In this document: piece after piece, positions 46,201-55,582 of the stretch
Numbering within the stretch: position 1 is the first letter of the stretch
Layout of the letters: the number at the start of each line of letters is the position of its first letter
Source: Gemmatimonadales bacterium
Lineage (GTDB): Bacteria; Gemmatimonadota; Gemmatimonadetes; Gemmatimonadales; GWC2-71-9
Direction: 5' to 3'
Assembly (NCBI GenBank): GCA_041580775.1
Contig: JBFGDF010000001.1
Location: 22,219-86,218, forward strand
DNA length: 64,000 bases
Notes under the pieces: model-generated
Database searches by the model: none
What the model was told of the DNA's origin: nothing
What the model saw: the letters and a program-made list of their open reading frames with translations, nothing else
Made by a program: the position numbers and the translations under genes

Positions 46201-46394
46201 CGGATCTCGCGCAGGAACCGGTCCGCCCCAAGCGCCTGGCCCAACTCGGGTTTGAGGACCTTGATCGCGACCTGGCGATCGTGTTTCAGGTCCTGTGCGA
46301 GGTAGACCGTGGCCATGCCGCCGCGGCCCAACTCGCGCCCGATCGCGTAGCGGTCAGCCAACGCCTCGGCGAGGCGATTCACCAGCGTCTCCAT
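43248..46394 (-). CDS. Hanks-type Ser/Thr protein kinase with TM segments and a long C-terminal TPR region
   Basis: GRGGMATVYLAQD, VAIKVL, HRDIKPEN, DFGIA and SPEQ. Hydrophobic segments lie around residues 300-390. The C-terminal half is TPR-like. Confidence 0.85.
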   Translation of the reverse strand: METLVNRLAEALADRYAIGRELGRGGMATVYLAQDLKHDRQVAIKVLKPELGQALGADRFLREIRLTANLQHPHIVALYDSGEADGLLYYVMPYVEGESLRARLDRDARIPVADAVRIARQVATALEFAHARDVVHRDIKPENILLAGGTALVADFGIARATQAASAGQPFTAVGLAVGTPAYMSPEQASGQSDVDGRSDLYALGCVVYEMLAGSPPFGGDTPQRTLARQVVDRAPPLATTGADVPRPLATVVERLLAKVPGDRYATASAFAQALDAAAVSGPQRTVGSGAWWSEVLSRRAVRVVAAYALLGVLALAVLKWWVTRLPLSPHLTGLVGLTLLLFLPTVTLLASRRRADGWSVIEKVGIPANALIAIAVLFLVFGGKDLGAATTAVTLRDEEGNLITRQVPKEGYRKNLAVFFFDNPTADTALTWLQYGIPWAVQHDLLQDLFFYVQDPLSFREWLQREGFPDGRNVPLALKRQIAQDAHLGWLLAGTVDRAGRELTVSTQLYETRSGQVVAKRRFAGSDVFALVDQITMALKADLEVPEAQIEGSRDLPVAETLTASLPAYRHYVDGAVRLLRLETAAAAVPFAAAVAEDSLFALAYVALWQARILSNQADVAPAALERARRLAYKLPEIYQLIIRTYHYRIAQQDPQRALAVARMHTELYPFDLQARSMLAQLWAAAGQFDSAGAEVERMYALDTTRHELLRTLGSLAMQRGDDERTLGYFRRYADRFPEDARAFTDLGQLYARIGDHARALEQYERASLLDAEDVDPILGAAWVLTDIGRFDDARARFDDALAVAETPSERTRVFDALRGFHDRRGEVSLAVRYMERGWAEGAYATVPLALLQLKLEGLAQYVRAGRVEVARDSLAALGRQVSGALDALLAIGRLGIAEELEHADSLEAALPQLDTLIARFGLGVLRGDRERAQGLVWELRGSCERAVSHYEQARALNPTLTATDIDLARCERALGQYGDAQRRLTEYLRRRPYHPRGLYELALVYSRTGKREDAVRLLRQAMEVFQHAEPACVWVRRVREALAELS

Positions 46395-46917
46395 GCTCCC
46401 TCACCCGCGCTGATCCCATTTGTACCATAGGACGCCGGGCGCATCGCGGCTAGTTCCGTGGCGGAATGGTGACGGGGACGGACAAGCATGCCGGTGGGGC
46501 GCTGGGGCGCTAGGTGGACGAGACCCCTCACCGACGGGCGTCGAGCGGCTCCAGCGCACGGGTCGGCGCGGCGTGAGCCATACTCGGCTTTGGCAGCGCC
46601 GCGTGGCACTAGCAACCCTCGCCAAGGCTTCCGCTTCGCTCATTGCCCCACCGACCGCGCCGGAGGGCGGCCCAGGCCGCGTCCTGCGGTACCCATCCCC
46701 CCCCGCGGCAGTCGTGGAGTGGTTCACGCACGTTACCCTTGCACATCGCTGCGAACCGTGCGGTGACCCCCCTCCCCCGACCTGGACACCACGCGAGTCC
46801 CCCCCGATACTTCCATCTCAGCAGTGACCGTCTAATCCCGACAACTTGCTTCGTGTTTGTCGCCCCGCGGTGGCGTAACACCGCCCACATGCTCCTCATG
46901 CTCCTTCCGGAGTGACC

Positions 46918-49014
46918 ATGACCCTGCCTCGTCGTAACGGCCCGCGCACCGAAGAGTGGCAGCACAAACTTTTCATCGCCGTCTCCGGCCTGCTGTTGTT
47001 CGAGACGCTCACGGGCCTCTCCATCTTCCTGCTCCCGTTCTCCGTGTCCAACCAGGTCATGGTGCTGCTGCACACCGCCGTGGGCATCGTGTTCCTGGGC
47101 CCGTTCGCCTGGTATCAGCTGCGCCATTGGCTGCTCTACCGCCCGCTCCGCATGTCGCACGTGAAGCTCACGGGTTACTTCGCCATGGTCGCGACGATCG
47201 TCGCCATCGTGTCCGGCGTGGTACTCACCGTGCAGGCGCTCTGGGCGACGCGGATCAGCTACGCCTGGGACCTGGTCCACATCGTGGCGACGTTCGCCCT
47301 GATCGCGTCGGTGGTGCCCCATGTGGTGGTGCTGATCGTCCGGGCGACCCGCGCGACAGATGCGGCGAACGGCGAGCCCGTCCTTGCGGCCGCCCGGCGC
47401 GGGGGCGTGGGGTCGCTCGTAGTCATGGCCGCGCTGTTCGTCGCGGTGGCGCTGGTGGCGTACTGGTACGAGCCGCCACGGCTGCAGAACGCGCTGCCGG
47501 ACGACTACAGCTACCTCTACGGCGCGGACCGGCCGTTCGCCCCGAGTCTGGCGCGCACGAACACCGGCACCGCGTTCGATGCGCGCTCGATGAGCGGCTC
47601 GGAATCATGCGGCACCTCGCGCTGCCACGAACAGATCTACGACGAGTGGCAGGTGAGCGCGCACCGCTACTCGGCCATGGACGCGGCGTTCCAGTCGGTG
47701 CAGGAGGTGATGGCCAAACAGAACGGCGCCGAGTCCACCAGGTACTGTGGCGGCTGCCACGACCCCATCTCACTGTTCTCCGGCACGAAGAACGTCTTCA
47801 CGGAAGACCTCACGAACCTGGTGGGCTACCAGGAAGGGGTGTCCTGCATCGTCTGTCACGCCATCGAGGAAACCGACGTCAAGGGGAATGCCAACTACGT
47901 CATCCGGCAGCCTGAACGCTACATGTTCGAGCTGGATGAGGGCTCCACGGCGCGGTTTTTCCGGGACTTCCTGCTTCGGGCCTACCCGCGGCATCACGTC
48001 AAGTCGCTGCAGCACAAGCTGTTCAAGAGCGCCGAGTTCTGCGCCGCATGCCACAAGCAGTTCATCGACGAGGAGATCAATCAGGTGGGCTGGGTGCAGC
48101 TCCAGAACCAGTACGACAACTGGCGCAAGAGCCGCTGGAACGAGCCGGGCGATCCCACCAAGACGATCGAGTGCCGCGAGTGCCACATGCCCCTGGATGA
48201 CTCGCACGACCCGGGCAGCGGCGACGACCTGGACTACAACCGCCGGCCGCGCGACGGCAAACACCGCAGCCATCGGTTCCTTGCGGCGAACCAGTTCATG
48301 CCGCTCGCGCTCAAGCTCGAGGGTGCCGAAGAGCACGCCAGGCTGACGGAGCAGTGGCTTCGAGGAGAGATCGAGATCCCCGAGATCGCTGACAAGTGGC
48401 GTACCGGCCCCGCCGTGCCCGTGGAGCTGGTGGTCCCGGACACCGTGTATCCGGGCCAGGACGTGAAGATCCAGGCCGTCGTGACCAACAACAAGGTCGG
48501 CCACGACTTCCCCACCGGCCCGCTCGATATCATCCAGGCCTGGGTGGAGATCGAGGTACAGGACCAAGCCGGCAACCTGGTGTACGCCTCGGGCCGCACG
48601 GACCGGAGGCACTTCATCGAGCCTGGCTCGTTCATCTTCAAGGCGGAGCCGGTGGATCAGGCCGGCAATCTGATCGACCGACACAACCTCTGGGAGATGG
48701 TCGGCGTGCGCTACCGCCGCTCCATGTTCCCCGGCGCCTCCGATCGGGCGGAGTTCGGCTTCTCGTGTCCGGCCACCTCGCTCCTGGGGCAGAGCGCGGG
48801 CGGCGAGCGCGCGCCACTCGATACCACCGTCGCGTTCCGCGTGCCCCGTGGCCAGAGTGCCACGCTCCACGTGTCGGCCAAACTGAAGTACCGCAAGGTG
48901 GACCAGTTCCTCCTGAACTTCCTGTTCGGCGAGGAATCCGGCCTGACCTCGCCGGTGACCGTGATGTCGGAGGACCAGAAGACGATCGTGGTGCGGCCGC
49001 GCCGCGCGTCCTAG
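46918..49014 (+). CDS. Membrane-anchored multiheme c-type cytochrome (five-TM His-containing N-domain plus 4 CxxCH and 1 CxxxxCH)
   Basis: Heme motifs CGTSRCH, CGGCH, CIVCH, CAACH and CRECH. N-terminal TM helices carry His residues (LLHTAVG, LVHIVATF, VPHVV). GGAG lies 5 nt upstream of ATG 46918. Confidence 0.8.
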   Translation: MTLPRRNGPRTEEWQHKLFIAVSGLLLFETLTGLSIFLLPFSVSNQVMVLLHTAVGIVFLGPFAWYQLRHWLLYRPLRMSHVKLTGYFAMVATIVAIVSGVVLTVQALWATRISYAWDLVHIVATFALIASVVPHVVVLIVRATRATDAANGEPVLAAARRGGVGSLVVMAALFVAVALVAYWYEPPRLQNALPDDYSYLYGADRPFAPSLARTNTGTAFDARSMSGSESCGTSRCHEQIYDEWQVSAHRYSAMDAAFQSVQEVMAKQNGAESTRYCGGCHDPISLFSGTKNVFTEDLTNLVGYQEGVSCIVCHAIEETDVKGNANYVIRQPERYMFELDEGSTARFFRDFLLRAYPRHHVKSLQHKLFKSAEFCAACHKQFIDEEINQVGWVQLQNQYDNWRKSRWNEPGDPTKTIECRECHMPLDDSHDPGSGDDLDYNRRPRDGKHRSHRFLAANQFMPLALKLEGAEEHARLTEQWLRGEIEIPEIADKWRTGPAVPVELVVPDTVYPGQDVKIQAVVTNNKVGHDFPTGPLDIIQAWVEIEVQDQAGNLVYASGRTDRRHFIEPGSFIFKAEPVDQAGNLIDRHNLWEMVGVRYRRSMFPGASDRAEFGFSCPATSLLGQSAGGERAPLDTTVAFRVPRGQSATLHVSAKLKYRKVDQFLLNFLFGEESGLTSPVTVMSEDQKTIVVRPRRAS

Positions 49015-49015
49015 C

Positions 49016-50824
49016 GTGGCCGGCCTCCCCCGGCGCCGTCGCCTGCTCTTCCGGACCGCGGGCTTCGGCGCGCTGTTCGTGGTCGCTGCCGGTGTGGCCG
49101 TGTGGCTCGCCACGCGGCCCAAACCCACCTACCGGCCGGGCGAAGCGGTTCAGGGGCTGACGGCCGACCTCGCCCGCGACCTCCCGCCGGACTACCCGCG
49201 CGTCACGTTCAGCGACGTCACGGCGCAGGCGGGCATCACGTTCCGGCACTTCACCGGCCACCGCTCGTCGCAGCTCCCGGAAGACATGGGCTCCGGCGCC
49301 GCCTGGGGCGATTACGACGGCGACGGCTGGTTGGACCTGTACGTGGTGAACGCGGTGGGCCCGCTCACGGCCGCGACGCCGGACGAGGTGGCGCGGTCGC
49401 CGGCCCACGCGGCGCTGTACCGCAACCTGGGCGACGGCACGTTCCGCGACGTGAGCGCCGAGGCCGGCGTCCAGTTCCGCGGCTGGGGCATGGGTGCCAC
49501 CTGGGCCGACGTCGACAACGACGGCCGGCTCGACCTGTTCGTCACGGCCTACGGCGATAACGTGCTGTACCGTAACAACGGGGACGGCACGTTTACCGAC
49601 CGCACCCGGGCGGCAGGCCTCGGCGGCCGGCCCGGGTTCTGGGCGGGCGCCGCCTGGGGCGACTATGACCGGGACGGCTTCCTGGACCTCTACGTCACGG
49701 GCTACGTGCAGTACCGCCAGCTCGCCGACCAGGGAGCCACGCGGCAGTACGACGTCGAGCAGCCCGCCGGCATCAACCCGTCGTCGTTCGAGCCGGAGTC
49801 CAATCTCCTGTTCCGCAACCAGGGGAACGGCACGTTCACCGAGGTGGCCGTCCGCGCGGGGGTCGCGAACCCCACCGGACGGAGCCTCGGCGCCGTGTGG
49901 GCGGACTTCGACGACGACGGCTGGCCCGATCTCTACGTCGCCAACGACGTGTCCGACAATGTGATGTTCCGCAACCTGGGCGACGGGACCTTCGCGGACG
50001 TGAGCCACGCCGCACGCGTCGCCGACTACCGGGGCGCCATGGGCCTCGCCGTGGGCGACTGGGACGGGGATCAGGATCTGGATCTCTTCGTCACGCACTG
50101 GATCGCCCAGGAGAACGCGTTGTACAGCAACCTCCGCGCGGAGCTCGAGGCCCGCGGCGCGTACTTGCGTCAGCCGATCCAGTTCACCGACGAGGCCGAC
50201 CGCTACGGGCTGGGACAGATCGCGCTCGATTTCGTGGGCTGGGGCACGTCGTTTGTCGACTACGACAACGACGGCCGGCCGGACCTGTTCGTCGTGAACG
50301 GCAGCACCCTGGAAGAGAAACGGGATCGGCGACTCCTCGTTCCGATGCGCAGCCTGCTGTTCTGGAATCGCGGCGCGGGGGACGGGTTCTACGACGTGTC
50401 GCCCGTGAGTGGAGCGTACTTCAAGGAAACGCACGTCGGCCGCGGGGCGGCCTTCGGGGACTACGACAACGACGGCGACGTGGACGTTTTCATCGTGAAC
50501 AACGGCGGGCCGGGCCTCCTGCTCAGGAACGACGGCGGCAACCGCCAGCGCTGGCTCGGGGTCGCGCTCGAGGGCACGAAGAGCAACCGGTTTGGCGTGG
50601 GCGCGCGGGTGCGGCTCGTAGCGGGCGGCACCGTACAGGTCCGCGAGGTCGGCGCACAGACGTCCTACTTGTCGCAAAACAGCCTGATCGAACATTTCGG
50701 ACTTGGCGCTGCCAACGGCGTGGATACGCTGGAGATCCGCTGGCCCAGCGGCACTCGGCAGATTGTGTCGGCGCCCGCGCCAAGTCGGGTGCTGCACGTC
50801 GTGGAGCAGGCGGCCCGGCGATGA
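49016..50824 (+). CDS. CRTAC1-family protein (FG-GAP/VCBS repeats plus C-terminal ASPIC/UnbV domain)
   Basis: Repeated GDYDGDGWLDLYV / DVDNDGRLDLFV / GDYDRDGFLDLYV units. C-terminal NRFGVGARVRL...QTSYLSQNSLIEHFGLG...IRWPSG. Confidence 0.8.
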   Translation: MAGLPRRRRLLFRTAGFGALFVVAAGVAVWLATRPKPTYRPGEAVQGLTADLARDLPPDYPRVTFSDVTAQAGITFRHFTGHRSSQLPEDMGSGAAWGDYDGDGWLDLYVVNAVGPLTAATPDEVARSPAHAALYRNLGDGTFRDVSAEAGVQFRGWGMGATWADVDNDGRLDLFVTAYGDNVLYRNNGDGTFTDRTRAAGLGGRPGFWAGAAWGDYDRDGFLDLYVTGYVQYRQLADQGATRQYDVEQPAGINPSSFEPESNLLFRNQGNGTFTEVAVRAGVANPTGRSLGAVWADFDDDGWPDLYVANDVSDNVMFRNLGDGTFADVSHAARVADYRGAMGLAVGDWDGDQDLDLFVTHWIAQENALYSNLRAELEARGAYLRQPIQFTDEADRYGLGQIALDFVGWGTSFVDYDNDGRPDLFVVNGSTLEEKRDRRLLVPMRSLLFWNRGAGDGFYDVSPVSGAYFKETHVGRGAAFGDYDNDGDVDVFIVNNGGPGLLLRNDGGNRQRWLGVALEGTKSNRFGVGARVRLVAGGTVQVREVGAQTSYLSQNSLIEHFGLGAANGVDTLEIRWPSGTRQIVSAPAPSRVLHVVEQAARR

Positions 50825-51678
50825 GGTGGATCGCGGGGTGCCTGGTCGTCGTGGTCCTGCTGTTCGCCGTGGTCACCCTGCTGAAGCGAGGGCCCAGGGG
50901 CGCCCTCGATGACACGGAAACGTCGCGGATCTCGACCGAGGATCGTGAACGGGTACAGCAGTTCTGGGAGACGTACCGCCAGGCCACCGACCATCGCATC
51001 GCCGGGCGCTTGGCCGACGCCCGGGAAGCGTACACCCGGGCCCTGGCACTCAATCCGGGACACCAGGATGCGCTCTATTACCTCGGCAACATGGCGTTCG
51101 AGCTAGGGGATCTGCCTGGTGCCGAGCGCGCGTGGCGGCGGTTGGTGGAGGTGGACCCCAGCAACGCCCGCGGGCACTCGCAGCTGGGCGTGCTGTACTC
51201 GTGCGTGGGCGCGCCGGCGTTGCTGGACCTGGCGAGCGCCGACGCGGAGTTTCGACGCGCCCTGGAGATCAACCGCGAGGAGACGGGCCCGTTGCTGCAT
51301 CTGGGCGAAGTGGCATTGCTGCGCGGCGATCTGGAGGAAGCACGCACGTGGTTCGAAAAGGTCACCGGGTCAAACTACACCAGCGTCGAGGCACACTTCT
51401 ACCGGGGCTACGTGGCCTGGAAGGCCGGGGCGTCGCGCCGGGCCACGGAGCTCCTGGCGGCCGCGGTGGGGTTTGCGCGCCCCGCGGCACCCGCCGAAGG
51501 GGTGGCGGGGGAAGGCGATACCCGAGCCGGTAGGCGCCCGATGGTGGCCGAACCGGCGGCGGGCTGCCGGCCTATGCGCGTGCGCGTCGAGGATCTGCGC
51601 GCGCTGGACGACACGGACCTGTCCCGAGGGATGGACTCGGTTTATCGAGCGCTGGACGGGCTGCTCGCCGGACGGTAA
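50821..51678 (+). CDS. Membrane-anchored TPR protein
   Basis: ATG 50821 overlaps the upstream stop (ATGA). N-terminal TM segment IAGCLVVVVLLFAVVTLL. TPR-like AREAYTRALALNPGHQDALYYLGNMAFELGD. Confidence 0.7.
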   Translation: MRWIAGCLVVVVLLFAVVTLLKRGPRGALDDTETSRISTEDRERVQQFWETYRQATDHRIAGRLADAREAYTRALALNPGHQDALYYLGNMAFELGDLPGAERAWRRLVEVDPSNARGHSQLGVLYSCVGAPALLDLASADAEFRRALEINREETGPLLHLGEVALLRGDLEEARTWFEKVTGSNYTSVEAHFYRGYVAWKAGASRRATELLAAAVGFARPAAPAEGVAGEGDTRAGRRPMVAEPAAGCRPMRVRVEDLRALDDTDLSRGMDSVYRALDGLLAGR

Positions 51679-51705
51679 CCCGGCGAGTCGCCGCCCGCAG
51701 TTCCC

Positions 51706-52386
51706 TCAGTCGTCGAGCAGCTCCAACGACGCCTGGATGTTGCCCTCGATGACGGACCGGTTGGCCTCGTCTCGCGGGTCGAGCGTGGCAGTCGGGCCGA
51801 CGAACCAGCCGGTCGGGTCGATCACCAGCTCCACCAGCAGCGGCCGTGGCTCACCATCCACGAACGTCCGGGGTGAGGCAAACGGCAGCTCGAGATCGAC
51901 ATCCAGGGGCGCGGTGAAGGTGAACGGGGCGCCGTCCACGGTGCCCTGGATCAGCACACTGGCGTCGGCGAGGGCCGGATACGCCACGATCAGCGGCTCT
52001 TCGGCCGGATTGCCGACTTCGAGCTTGTCGATCGACACTTCCAGCTCTTTATACGTCCCCGCTGGCACGTCCGTGTCGAACACGAGGATCGGGTCGCCCG
52101 TCAGATCGAGCGGGACCACCTCCGATTGCTCGTGGATCCAGTCCACGGTCTCGTCGAGCCCGGCAGTCTCCAGCTTGAGGCCGCCGAGCACGAACGACAC
52201 GCTCTGGATCTCGACCGTCGCGGCGCTTCCCTGCACCGGGGCCAGGGTCCCGGCGGGCGCCGCGCCCGTCGGAATCACCCGGACGGTGACCTGGACCTGA
52301 CGGTCCCCGAGCGGGGCGAGTGAATCGGAGCAGGCGGCCAGCACGCCGGCCGCGGCGAGTAGCGGTGTGAGTCTCAACAACGTCAT
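51706..52386 (-). CDS. Lipoprotein, DUF4382-like
   Basis: MTLLRLTPLLAAAGVLAAC lipobox. The VEIQSVSFVLGGLKLE...DVPAGTYKELEVSIDKLEV pattern resembles DUF4382 from memory. GGAAGG lies 8 nt upstream of ATG 52386. Confidence 0.6.
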   Translation of the reverse strand: MTLLRLTPLLAAAGVLAACSDSLAPLGDRQVQVTVRVIPTGAAPAGTLAPVQGSAATVEIQSVSFVLGGLKLETAGLDETVDWIHEQSEVVPLDLTGDPILVFDTDVPAGTYKELEVSIDKLEVGNPAEEPLIVAYPALADASVLIQGTVDGAPFTFTAPLDVDLELPFASPRTFVDGEPRPLLVELVIDPTGWFVGPTATLDPRDEANRSVIEGNIQASLELLDD

Positions 52387-52525
52387 GTCACGCACCTTCC
52401 GTCTCGAGATCGTGGATCGAAGCTAATCGATGGGAGCGGCAAGTGGCATTCCACGCGCTGTGAAGGCAGGAACCGGTTGACCGGCAGGGAGTTGCAGCGG
52501 GGCTGCGCTCCTCCCGACCTGACTC

Positions 52526-52561
52526 AAAAGGGGACGCCCTGCCTCAGAACGAGGCAGGGCG
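52526..52561 (-). terminator. Intrinsic terminator-like hairpin downstream of the 52589 gene
   Basis: Perfect 11-bp stem CGCCCTGCCTC / GAGGCAGGGCG (52535-52561) with a 5-nt loop. On the minus strand it is followed by tccccTTTT. Confidence 0.55.
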
Positions 52562-52588
52562 CCGGTGCGTCCGGATCCGATTCGGCTA

Positions 52589-53008
52589 CTAGCGCTGCAT
52601 CCGGATGATCAAGGTCGCGGCCTCACTGCTCCCGTCGCCATCGAAGTCGTAGGCGCTGGACCGGTCGGTGAGTGTCAGCACATCACCAGACCGCTGCGCC
52701 TGGAACGGCGTTCCGGAGAGTGTGAGCGTCGTGGCGTCCCCGCTGAGGGTGCCGGAATCCGAGCTGGTCCCGCCCTGCGGATTGGTGTACAGGGTGGAGG
52801 CCGTCCCGTCCGCCACCACGGTCAACGTGAAGCTGGCCCCGAGACTGATGACATCCACCTGTTGGGTGGTATCCGCCGCATTGATGTAGCGATACTGTGT
52901 GGCACTCCAGTCGCCGACTAGATCCTGCACCGTGATGCCGGTGGAGTCGCCGCACGCCAGGGTGACGGCCCCAGCGAGCGCGAGCGAGAACAGACCTGCG
53001 TACCGCAT
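52589..53008 (-). CDS. Small lipoprotein, unknown function
   Basis: MRYAGLFSLALAGAVTLAC lipobox. GGAGGAA lies 6 nt upstream of ATG 53008. Thr/Ser/Gly-rich beta-type sequence. Confidence 0.65.
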   Translation of the reverse strand: MRYAGLFSLALAGAVTLACGDSTGITVQDLVGDWSATQYRYINAADTTQQVDVISLGASFTLTVVADGTASTLYTNPQGGTSSDSGTLSGDATTLTLSGTPFQAQRSGDVLTLTDRSSAYDFDGDGSSEAATLIIRMQR

Positions 53009-53098
53009 CTTGCATTCCTCCAGATGCCGAGTGGTGGCCATGTGCTTGCCGACCAAGATACGCGGCCATCAGGGAGGAAACGTGCCGCCGGTCACACC

Positions 53099-55582
53099 TC
53101 AGGGCGCCGCCAAACGGTCGAGCAGAAACCGGACGGCCAGGTCCGTCACGTTCCACAGCTGAATGTCGGAACTCGTCCCGTAGCGCACGGGGCGCAGCGT
53201 GTCGCCTTCGATCCGGTAGCTCCACAGCTCGTTGTGCTTGAGGCCCGAGGCCTCGACGGCCGCGCGCGCGCCATCGAGGGAGCGGCGCAAGCCGTTCACG
53301 TACGCGCGCATCGCGTCACCGTCAGACCGCAGTCTGCCGAACGCGTCGTACGCGGCGTGGATCTGTCTGGCGAGCCCCAGGAACAGCAGGTTCACTTCGC
53401 GACCCCAGACTACGCGCGGCGAGTGGTACAGATCGTCCCGGAAGGCCTGCTGGACCTCGGGGCTCGCATAGACGTCGTTGGCGACCAGGGGCCCCAGGCC
53501 GTCCACGAAGAGGCCCACCGGATAGGGTCGGGCCACCACGTCGAGCAGCGACCCAACGGCACCCGGAGTGGCGGCGCCGCGCAGGATCTGCTCCGTGTAG
53601 TCCCCCAGGAACAGGTCCGTCGCGGGGTCGGTGTTGGCGACCGCGATCGGCCGGCCCACGCTGTCGAGCGCCACCGCAAGGAAGCGCAGGGCCCGCGCAG
53701 CACTGGGGTGATGCAGGTACTGCCGCCAGTAGGATCGTTCCGGCTCGCTCATCGCCTCAAGCGCTGCGGTCACCTGCGCGCGGATCTCGTCCGGCGTGCG
53801 CTCGACCTCGAAGTGCCGCCGCGCCGCGTGCCACGTGGCAAGCGTCGACTGCCACCGGGCGGCGTCGTGCAGCAGCGCCGTGAGCGCCACCGCATCGCCG
53901 GGCACGCGGGACACGGCGGCTTCCGCGGAGAACCCGAGGGCGTCTATCGCCCAGAGAATGGTCTCCGCCGCCTCCAGCGCCTTGGGCACCCACACGACGT
54001 TCACATCCATCGCGAACCTGCCGCCGCCGTACCCCACGCGGCTGTCCCGCCAGCTGCCCGGCAGCCAGCCGCGGTCATCCCGGTACTGAAAGCCCACCAG
54101 ATTCGTGGCCACCGGCTCCTGGGCATACGGCCATGCGAGCCGCGCCACGAACGCGAGGTTCCGGACCAGCGCGTCCAGCCGCGTGACGCCGCTCCCGGCG
54201 GCGGCGGTCAGGAAGCGTCGCTTTCGCTCGGCCGGCACGTCGGTCCGCGCCAGATAGCGGCCGGCGAGCACCGGCAGCTGGAAGTCGTCGTCGATCATGC
54301 GGTAGTTCTCGCGCACCCGCGACAGCGTCCCGAGCAGCGCACGGGCGTCAGCCAGGTGCTGGGCGGCAGCCGCCGGGTCCGTCCGGGTCGCGTCCGCCCA
54401 CTCCCGGATCAGGGCGCTGTATTCCGCGGCGTTCTCGCGGATCGCCTGCCCGCCGAGTGCTTCCTCGTGACTCGCTTCGCCGGCCGGTGAGAGCTTGCGC
54501 AGCACGCTCGCGATCACGTGCTCCTGGAGCTCCACCGACGAGATGGGCTCCAGCATGAGCGCCGTCATCATCATGTCGCGACCGAAGTACGTCGCGTAGT
54601 TGGGCAGGGCGGCCATGAGCTTCTCTTGGTAGCTCAACAGCTCGAGCCCACGGATCTCCCGCTCGAACCGGCGGAAGGACAGGACACGCGCGTCCCGTGC
54701 CAGCCCCTCGGGCGTCAGCGCCCGCCGCAAGCTGTCGGCCAGGCGGCGCTGGCGCTGGTAGAACGCCTCGAATGCGTCGTTGAAGATCTGGCTCCGTTCG
54801 AGCGGCGTGAGCGCCGGGGCGTCGGTGGTGCCAGTCACCTCGAACCGGGTGCCGCCGGCGCCGCGCGCCCGAATCCGGATCACGTCGCCCGCCACATCGG
54901 CCATGCTGGTCCTGGCGTCGCCGGACAGCACGAAGGTCATGCGGTTCCGGCCGTCCAGGCTGATGTGCTCCACGACGACGGTCCACAGCGTGTCGCCCTG
55001 TGTGAGGGTGAGCCGCGGGTAGAGCCGTCCCCGCAGATCGGTCACGCTGCGGGCACCGAGCAGTGACAGATGGCGCCGCCGCTCCGCGGTGGGCAGCCGC
55101 TCCACACTGGCGATCAAGTCCGTCAGCTCCTCCAGCGCAAAGCGGCCGTCGCCATAGGGTTTCCGGTGCCAGCCCCAGTGCTGGACATCACGCTCCTGCC
55201 GCATCGTGCCGAGCACGAACCAGCCGATCTCGAGAGCCCCCGCCGCCGACGCGAGCCGATGCCGCACCGCCCGGCGTGGTCCGTCGTCAAACACCTCGAC
55301 ACCCGACCCACCCCACGTGAGCGGCGCCGGCCGGCCCAGCGTATCGCGCACCGTGAAGGCCGCGCTGACATTGGACGCGTCGGCCCACACGTGGACCACC
55401 CGTCCGCTCCGGGTATCGAGGTAGATCTGGAAGGCGTTGCGCCGCGAGTCACGGAAGAAGCGGGTCGCATAGCCTTCGTAGGCCACCGAATCGTCCAGAC
55501 CCGCTTCCGGGAATTCGAGCACCGGCGCTTGCACCCCCTGCGCGAGCGCCTGGACCACGAAGAGCGATGCGAGCACGTGCAT
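53099..55582 (-). CDS. Secreted (alpha/alpha)6-barrel glycoside-hydrolase-like protein (GDE_C / amylo-alpha-1,6-glucosidase-like), function uncertain
   Basis: 827 aa from ATG 55582 with signal peptide MHVLASLFVVQALAQG. NYATYFGRDMMMTALML and GYGGGRFAMDVNVVWVP blocks are reminiscent of the GDE_C family. Confidence 0.5.
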   Translation of the reverse strand: MHVLASLFVVQALAQGVQAPVLEFPEAGLDDSVAYEGYATRFFRDSRRNAFQIYLDTRSGRVVHVWADASNVSAAFTVRDTLGRPAPLTWGGSGVEVFDDGPRRAVRHRLASAAGALEIGWFVLGTMRQERDVQHWGWHRKPYGDGRFALEELTDLIASVERLPTAERRRHLSLLGARSVTDLRGRLYPRLTLTQGDTLWTVVVEHISLDGRNRMTFVLSGDARTSMADVAGDVIRIRARGAGGTRFEVTGTTDAPALTPLERSQIFNDAFEAFYQRQRRLADSLRRALTPEGLARDARVLSFRRFEREIRGLELLSYQEKLMAALPNYATYFGRDMMMTALMLEPISSVELQEHVIASVLRKLSPAGEASHEEALGGQAIRENAAEYSALIREWADATRTDPAAAAQHLADARALLGTLSRVRENYRMIDDDFQLPVLAGRYLARTDVPAERKRRFLTAAAGSGVTRLDALVRNLAFVARLAWPYAQEPVATNLVGFQYRDDRGWLPGSWRDSRVGYGGGRFAMDVNVVWVPKALEAAETILWAIDALGFSAEAAVSRVPGDAVALTALLHDAARWQSTLATWHAARRHFEVERTPDEIRAQVTAALEAMSEPERSYWRQYLHHPSAARALRFLAVALDSVGRPIAVANTDPATDLFLGDYTEQILRGAATPGAVGSLLDVVARPYPVGLFVDGLGPLVANDVYASPEVQQAFRDDLYHSPRVVWGREVNLLFLGLARQIHAAYDAFGRLRSDGDAMRAYVNGLRRSLDGARAAVEASGLKHNELWSYRIEGDTLRPVRYGTSSDIQLWNVTDLAVRFLLDRLAAP

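Noticed and set aside
46420-46827. 135-aa ORF in the long intergenic region upstream of the cytochrome gene.
   Set aside because: No RBS, a Pro/Gly/Arg-rich sequence, and poor codon-position bias by eye. The region is kept as non-coding.
48638-50797. 719-aa minus-strand ORF.
   Set aside because: It is antisense to the CRTAC1/ASPIC gene and the cytochrome 3' end. It has no motifs and a shadow-type composition.
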